Source: Idiomarina loihiensis L2TR (GTDB lineage: Bacteria > Pseudomonadota > Gammaproteobacteria > Enterobacterales > Alteromonadaceae). Taken from it: a stretch of 32,000 bases of DNA. Position 1 is the stretch's first letter. Each line of letters starts with the position of its first letter. Shown piece after piece: positions 27,624-32,000 of this stretch. The notes below the pieces were generated by a model. It was not told where the DNA came from, searched no databases, and saw nothing but the letters and a program-made list of their open reading frames with translations. The position numbers were made by a program, and so were the translations under genes. The stretch is taken from contig NC_006512.1 of the NCBI RefSeq assembly GCF_000008465.1, positions 360,001 to 392,000 of the forward strand, written 5' to 3'.

Positions 27624-28861
27624 TGCAGTTTCGGTATCGTGCACGGGACAAAGCAGGGCAACTGCAGCAAGGTTCACTGGATGCGAGTGATGAGCGCAAT
27701 GCTGCCGATGTACTGATGCGTCGCGGCTTGGTACCGTTATCGATTAATTCTGTAAAAAGTCAGAGCTTTTCCTTCTTGAATAGTGGCTTTGGGGAAAGTT
27801 TAAAGTCTGCGTTTCAGCAAAAAGTGTCGCTGGACGAGCTGATTATATTTTGTCGTCAAATGTATTCACTGACCCAAGCCGGTATCCCTATGTTGCGGGC
27901 TATTGAAGGGCTGGCAGATACCACCCAGAACAAGCGCTTACGTAAAACCTTGCAGGATGTGCATGAGCAATTGGAGCGGGGGCGCAACCTGTCGTCAGCC
28001 ATGTCACATCACCGGGGCGTTTTTCCACGGCTGGTTATTGCTATTGTGCATGTGGGTGAAAATACCGGGCAGCTGGAAGAGTCTTTTCAGCAGCTGTCGG
28101 TTTATTTAGAAAAAGAACAAGACACCAGAAAGCGGATAAAAGCTGCCACCCGCTACCCGAGTTTTGTTCTTATCGCGCTCGTCATTGCCATGTTTGTACT
28201 GAACATTTTTGTGATCCCGACTTTTGCCTCAATGTTCAGCCGGTTTAATGTCGAACTGCCATGGGCGACCCGCGCCTTGTTGGGCTCGTCTGAATTTTTC
28301 GTCGCCTATTGGCATGTGTTATTGCTTGCAATGGTCGGTACTTTTTTCGGCATCAGGTATTACATAGCGACCGACGACGGAAGACTGAAATGGGACAGTC
28401 TGAAGTTAAAAATACCCATTATTGGCTCCATTTTAATGCGCTCCATGTTAGGTCGTTTTGCCCGCAGTTTTTCGGTCATGATAGGGGCCGGTGTTCCACT
28501 GACACAGGCTTTATCTTTGGTTGCCGAAGCGGTGGATAATGCCTGGATGGAAAAACGCATTATTGAAATGCGCCGCGGTATTGAACGAGGCGAGAACTTG
28601 TCGCGAGTTGCCCGTCAGTCAGGCCTGTTTACGCCATTAATTTTGCAAATGATATCGGTGGGTGAAGAAACCGGCCGGGTTGATGTTTTGCTGTTAGAGG
28701 TCGCTGAATATTACGAACGTGAAACCGACTACGATCTCAAAACCTTAACCGCTCGTATTGAGCCATTAATGATAGCCGTTGTAGCCGTTATGGTATTGAT
28801 TCTCGCGCTGGGCATATTTACCCCAATGTGGGATATGATGAGTGCGTATCAGGGACGATAA
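27623..28861 (+). CDS. mshG: MSHA pilus platform protein MshG (GspF/PilC family)
   Basis: Two GspF-type repeats and 3 TM segments. 412 aa. One-nt TGATG overlap with mshE. Confidence 0.9.
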   Translation: MQFRYRARDKAGQLQQGSLDASDERNAADVLMRRGLVPLSINSVKSQSFSFLNSGFGESLKSAFQQKVSLDELIIFCRQMYSLTQAGIPMLRAIEGLADTTQNKRLRKTLQDVHEQLERGRNLSSAMSHHRGVFPRLVIAIVHVGENTGQLEESFQQLSVYLEKEQDTRKRIKAATRYPSFVLIALVIAMFVLNIFVIPTFASMFSRFNVELPWATRALLGSSEFFVAYWHVLLLAMVGTFFGIRYYIATDDGRLKWDSLKLKIPIIGSILMRSMLGRFARSFSVMIGAGVPLTQALSLVAEAVDNAWMEKRIIEMRRGIERGENLSRVARQSGLFTPLILQMISVGEETGRVDVLLLEVAEYYERETDYDLKTLTARIEPLMIAVVAVMVLILALGIFTPMWDMMSAYQGR

Positions 28862-29310
28862 TGACCAGAACCGCAACGGATGAGCGCAAGGGTATTCAGC
28901 GGCTGCAGAATATTCTGGTGGTTTTGCTGTTGTTGGTATTGGCTGCAGTGGCGGCCAGAATGGTTCTGGTTGAAGAGCCGCAAAAATGGCGGCAGACCGA
29001 GTTAGATATTGCGGTTTCGCGCTTTATTGACTCGCTTTGGCTGGCCAGAACCGAGTGGATGCGACGCGGTAAGCCAAAGGAAATTGCTTTGCTTTATGAA
29101 AATAAAGCCCAGCAAACCAAGGTAGTAATGAATGAACAAGGGTGGCCGTCGGTTGAGGTAGGGTGTTTGCAGTTGTGGCAGCATCTGGGCAGTAACGTGC
29201 CGGGCAGCGCTTTAGATACGGAATTAGAGAACGGGAATTGCCATTACAGAATTAACCAAAAACCTTGGTTTTCCTATAAAAGTGACCGGGGTCAGGTTGT
29301 TCGGAAATAA
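28861..29310 (+). CDS. mshF: MSHA biogenesis protein MshF (small bitopic protein)
   Basis: ATG 28861 overlaps the mshG stop (TAATG). Single TM ILVVLLLLVLAAVAARMVLV. Assigned by position only. Confidence 0.5.
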   Translation: MTRTATDERKGIQRLQNILVVLLLLVLAAVAARMVLVEEPQKWRQTELDIAVSRFIDSLWLARTEWMRRGKPKEIALLYENKAQQTKVVMNEQGWPSVEVGCLQLWQHLGSNVPGSALDTELENGNCHYRINQKPWFSYKSDRGQVVRK

Positions 29311-29374
29311 CCCGGAAACCCCGGTATTAAGTGTTAGGGAAATGTAATAAAATGGATTCTATTGGAGTTTTAGT

Positions 29375-29980
29375 ATGAGAGCTAAAATGAGTAAAAGACA
29401 GCAGGGTTTTACCATCATCGAGCTGATTATTGTCGTGGTCATTCTCGGCTTGTTGGCCGCCGCCGCTATTCCGCGCTTCACCGATGTATCATCGGATGCC
29501 GAAGACGCCGCCCTTGAAGGCGTTGCCGGTGGTTTTGCCAGTGCGGTTGGCATTGTGCGTGGCGAATGGGAGCTGAGCGGCAGACCGAAAGGCGCAAACG
29601 GCACGGGAGCCGGGGCTGAGGTATCTATGGACCAAATTCAGCTATACGTAGACGGCAGCACCGGTTACCCGGTGAGTGGTGACAATGCAAATGCGCATGA
29701 CGAAAACTTAGCTGCAACGGACTGCGTCAGTGTTATGCAGTCTATTTTGCAGGGCGCACCAACGGTCACAACCAATTTTAATAACCTGAACGAAACACGC
29801 TATTTTACTTACGTGACACAAGATAGCGCTGCAGGTAACGATATGTGTGTTTACTATTTAGCGAACACCATAAAAAATGAAACAGAAGCTCCGTCGGGTG
29901 ATGATTATCTGACAGTGGGCAATGCTTTCGTTTATAATCCACGCAACGGCGGCGTGAGTATTCACAGCAACAACCAGTAA
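29375..29980 (+). CDS. mshB: MSHA minor pilin MshB (type IV prepilin)
   Basis: Class III signal ...KRQQG|FTIIELIIVVVILGLLAAAAIPRF. GGAG 8 nt upstream of ATG 29375; ATG 29387 is an alternative start. Confidence 0.75.
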   Translation: MRAKMSKRQQGFTIIELIIVVVILGLLAAAAIPRFTDVSSDAEDAALEGVAGGFASAVGIVRGEWELSGRPKGANGTGAGAEVSMDQIQLYVDGSTGYPVSGDNANAHDENLAATDCVSVMQSILQGAPTVTTNFNNLNETRYFTYVTQDSAAGNDMCVYYLANTIKNETEAPSGDDYLTVGNAFVYNPRNGGVSIHSNNQ

Positions 29981-30010
29981 GTTTTTTTACAACAATTGAG
30001 AGTTTTAATT

Positions 30011-30523
30011 ATGCGCAATCAAAAAGGTTTTACCCTGATCGAACTGATCATCGTTATTGTAGTTTTGGGGATTTTAGCAGTAACGGCTGCGCCTCAGTTT
30101 ATTAACTTTTCCACTGATGCTCGCACATCTACTGTTAAAGGCTTAAAAGGTGCTTTACAGGGCGCTGCTCAAACAGTTTATGCAAGAGCAGCCATTGATG
30201 ATGACTTGGATGGTACTTCGGCTGCTCCCGTGACAGTTAATGGTGTAGCTACCGTGAACGGTTACCCAGCAGCCACACAGGCAGGAATTGCTACTGCTGC
30301 CAATTTAGATGCAACGAATGTTGACCCAGCTGCTACCGTGACAACAGACTGGGCGTTTTTTGCAGATAGCGGTACTATTTCAATTGCCCCTGGTGATCAA
30401 GTACCAGCCCCGACAGCGGCCGAGGTAGAGGATATTACCGACACGAACTGTTACGCGACATATTCAGATGCGGCTGATTCTAATACCCCTCCAGCAATTA
30501 CTATTGTAACGACTGGCTGCTAA
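30011..30523 (+). CDS. mshA: MSHA major pilin MshA
   Basis: MRNQKG|FTLIELIIVIVVLGILAVTAAPQFINF...LKGALQGAA is collinear with Vibrio MshA as I recall it. C-terminal Cys pair (TNC...TGC). Followed by a hairpin attenuator. ATG 30011 is preferred over the TTG at 29996. Confidence 0.8.
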   Translation: MRNQKGFTLIELIIVIVVLGILAVTAAPQFINFSTDARTSTVKGLKGALQGAAQTVYARAAIDDDLDGTSAAPVTVNGVATVNGYPAATQAGIATAANLDATNVDPAATVTTDWAFFADSGTISIAPGDQVPAPTAAEVEDITDTNCYATYSDAADSNTPPAITIVTTGC

Positions 30524-30538
30524 ATCCAACTTTAGGGT

Positions 30539-30567
30539 GCCCGCAGCTATTAAGCTGTGGGCTTTTT
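30539..30567 (+). terminator. Hairpin plus T-run after the major pilin gene (partial terminator/attenuator)
   Basis: GCCCGCAGC (30539-30547), loop TATTAA, GCTGTGGGC (30554-30562, one G-U pair), then TTTTT. Confidence 0.6.
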
Positions 30568-30578
30568 AAAGGCTAACT

Positions 30579-31013
30579 ATGAAGTCCCGAGGCTTCACTC
30601 TTATAGAACTCATCATCATACTGGTCATCATCGGTATCCTCGCTGTATCTGCAGGTCCCGTCTTTTTCGATAATTCCGGTACCCAAAGCCAAGTTGTAAG
30701 ACAGCGGGCAATGAGTATTTTGCGCAGCATTCAGCTACAAGCTATGCAGGACACTACGGGTAATTACTCCTCTGTCGTATCAGAAAATACATTAGGCGTT
30801 CCTCCCTTTGTTGAAAATAACAATCGCCAGATAAGTAATGTCGACAATGTTACCTTTTCATTCTCCGGCTCGTTACCTGCAACTATTGGTTTTGATGGTT
30901 TAGGCAGACCAACTGAACAATGTAGTGGTGGGTGCACTATTACCCTTACCGAGAGCTCAGGTATAAGCCGTGATCTCTGTATCAATAGCGAGGGTTACAT
31001 TAATGAGTGTTAA
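30579..31013 (+). CDS. mshC: MSHA minor pilin MshC
   Basis: MKSRG|FTLIELIIILVIIGILAVSAGPVFF prepilin N-terminus. Four C-terminal cysteines. Position after mshA. Confidence 0.7.
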   Translation: MKSRGFTLIELIIILVIIGILAVSAGPVFFDNSGTQSQVVRQRAMSILRSIQLQAMQDTTGNYSSVVSENTLGVPPFVENNNRQISNVDNVTFSFSGSLPATIGFDGLGRPTEQCSGGCTITLTESSGISRDLCINSEGYINEC

Positions 31014-31524
31014 GCAATCAAAAGGCTTTACGCTTATTGAGCTTATTATTGGCATTGTGGTTATTGCTATTGTTACTCTTGTGGTCACCGGCGGGCTTGG
31101 TCAGCTTTTTCGGCAAAGTGTTGACCCATGGCAGCAGGTTAGGGCGACCGAAATCGGACAGAGTTTAATGAATGAAATTTTGTCCAGACGCTTTGATGAA
31201 AACAGTCATGCCGGTAACCAGTCTTTACGATGTTCTGAAACAGGGGCCGGAGGTTGTGCCGCTTTAAATTCTTGTCCGGCAGACGGCAGTTTGCCTAATT
31301 CTGAAGAGTCGCAACGCAGCAACTTTGATGACGTAGATGATTATCACTGTCTTGAATTAGATGGTGGGGAATTGAGCGATTTGGGTGAGAATTTGTATAA
31401 AGGCTTTCAGGCAAAAGTTTTTGTTAGTTACGAAATACCGAACGAAGTTAAGCTTATAACCATTGAGGTACAAACACCGCAGCAGGAAACCCTTGAATTT
31501 AATGCTCAAAAGGGGAATTGGTAA
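31003..31524 (+). CDS. mshD: MSHA minor pilin MshD
   Basis: ATG 31003 gives MSVKQSKG|FTLIELIIGIVVIAIV. Overlaps the mshC 3' end by 11 nt. Confidence 0.65.
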   Translation: MSVKQSKGFTLIELIIGIVVIAIVTLVVTGGLGQLFRQSVDPWQQVRATEIGQSLMNEILSRRFDENSHAGNQSLRCSETGAGGCAALNSCPADGSLPNSEESQRSNFDDVDDYHCLELDGGELSDLGENLYKGFQAKVFVSYEIPNEVKLITIEVQTPQQETLEFNAQKGNW

Positions 31525-32000
31525 TGCGAAACATGCGCGGCTTTACCTTAATTGAGCTGATTATCGTTATCATAATATTGGCTATTGTCGCTGGCTTCTC
31601 TTTTCAGTTTGTTGGTATCGGTGCCCGGATGTTCACAACAGGCGCCGAACGTTTACAAACCATAGAGAAAAGCCGCTTTGCTGCGGAACGCGTCACTCGT
31701 GAGCTGCGCAACGCTGTTCCGAACAGTATTCGAATACGCTCATCCGACGGCACTCAATGTCTTGAATTTTCGCCGGTACGGACGGTGGGGACATATTACG
31801 ACGCTCCTATACGGCCGCAGCGCTCTGATCAAATGACGTTGGTTACATTATCCTCTTTAAGTACTCCGTGGGTTGCTGAGCCGACGGATAGAATTTTCAT
31901 CTATGCGACCCGGGCCAACTTTATTTACGCTAGCAATGCTCAACGTTACGCTGTACTAGCAGAATCTTACGACAGCGCCAGTGCGTCGGCATCAACCCCG
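31524..32000 (+). CDS. mshO: MSHA minor pilin/biogenesis protein MshO (3'-truncated by window edge)
   Basis: Not in the ORF track because no stop is reached. My translation gives MRNMRG|FTLIELIIVIIILAIVAGFSFQFVG...SRFAAERVTRELRNAVPNSIRI, open to nt 32000. TAATG overlap with the mshD stop. Confidence 0.7.
   Translation, partial: MRNMRGFTLIELIIVIIILAIVAGFSFQFVGIGARMFTTGAERLQTIEKSRFAAERVTRELRNAVPNSIRIRSSDGTQCLEFSPVRTVGTYYDAPIRPQRSDQMTLVTLSSLSTPWVAEPTDRIFIYATRANFIYASNAQRYAVLAESYDSASASASTP

Noticed and set aside
29311-29374. Attempted to define the promoter of the structural pilin operon (mshB upstream), and likewise the secretory operon promoter at 19644-19773.
   Set aside because: Only weak hexamer matches: TAAAAT or TAATAA without a properly spaced -35, and TGtTAACAT at 19735-19743. 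That is not enough to annotate. These operons may depend on an activator or an alternative sigma factor.
1-32000. Search for mobile elements, CRISPR arrays, tRNA/rRNA genes, toxin-antitoxin pairs and known defence-system hallmarks (nucleases, helicases, SIR2/TIR, reverse transcriptases, methyltransferases).
   Set aside because: None seen. There are no direct-repeat arrays, no transposase, integrase or recombinase-like ORFs, and no long terminal inverted repeats. Every ORF over 100 aa that I accept has a housekeeping, transport or pilus assignment. I therefore do not claim a defence island or mobile element.

Overview
This window looks like a chromosomal segment of a marine gammaproteobacterium. 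Gene content suggests Alteromonadales or Vibrio-like, but the taxonomic call is tentative. It is almost fully coding, and every non-coding gap is under about 210 nt.

There are three blocks:
1. nt 1-6554: the 3' end of rpoC, then the str operon rpsL-rpsG-fusA-tuf, which has a near-consensus sigma70 promoter and clear intrinsic terminators.
2. nt 6681-19643: a mixed housekeeping and accessory stretch.
   - An orphan periplasmic solute-binding-fold protein.
   - A tightly packed minus-strand run of uvrA, a hotdog thioesterase and glutaminase.
   - A YajR-type MFS transporter, then ssb.
   - A MarR / HlyD-type adaptor / 12-TM FUSC-like putative efflux module with a striking operator palindrome.
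   - A long-form adenosine-deaminase-superfamily gene.
   - tdk and pyrC.
3. nt 19774-32000: an MSHA-type type IV pilus locus, mshI / I2-like / J K L M N E G F, then the pilin genes mshB A C D O. mshO runs off the window end.

I found no CRISPR array, transposase, integrase, phage gene, tRNA/rRNA gene or recognisable defence gene.

I cannot point to a convincing, entirely new system from sequence alone. The best leads are:
- the MarR-adaptor-minimal FUSC module and its dual-palindrome operator;
- the ADA-family enzyme with a TDN active-site variant;
- the compositionally odd orphan binding protein after tuf;
- the uvrA-thioesterase-glutaminase coupling, which lacks a canonical SOS box;
- architectural variants in the MSHA locus (split MshI, no mshH, lipobox secretin).

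All functional calls rest on motif recognition by eye. No database search was possible.
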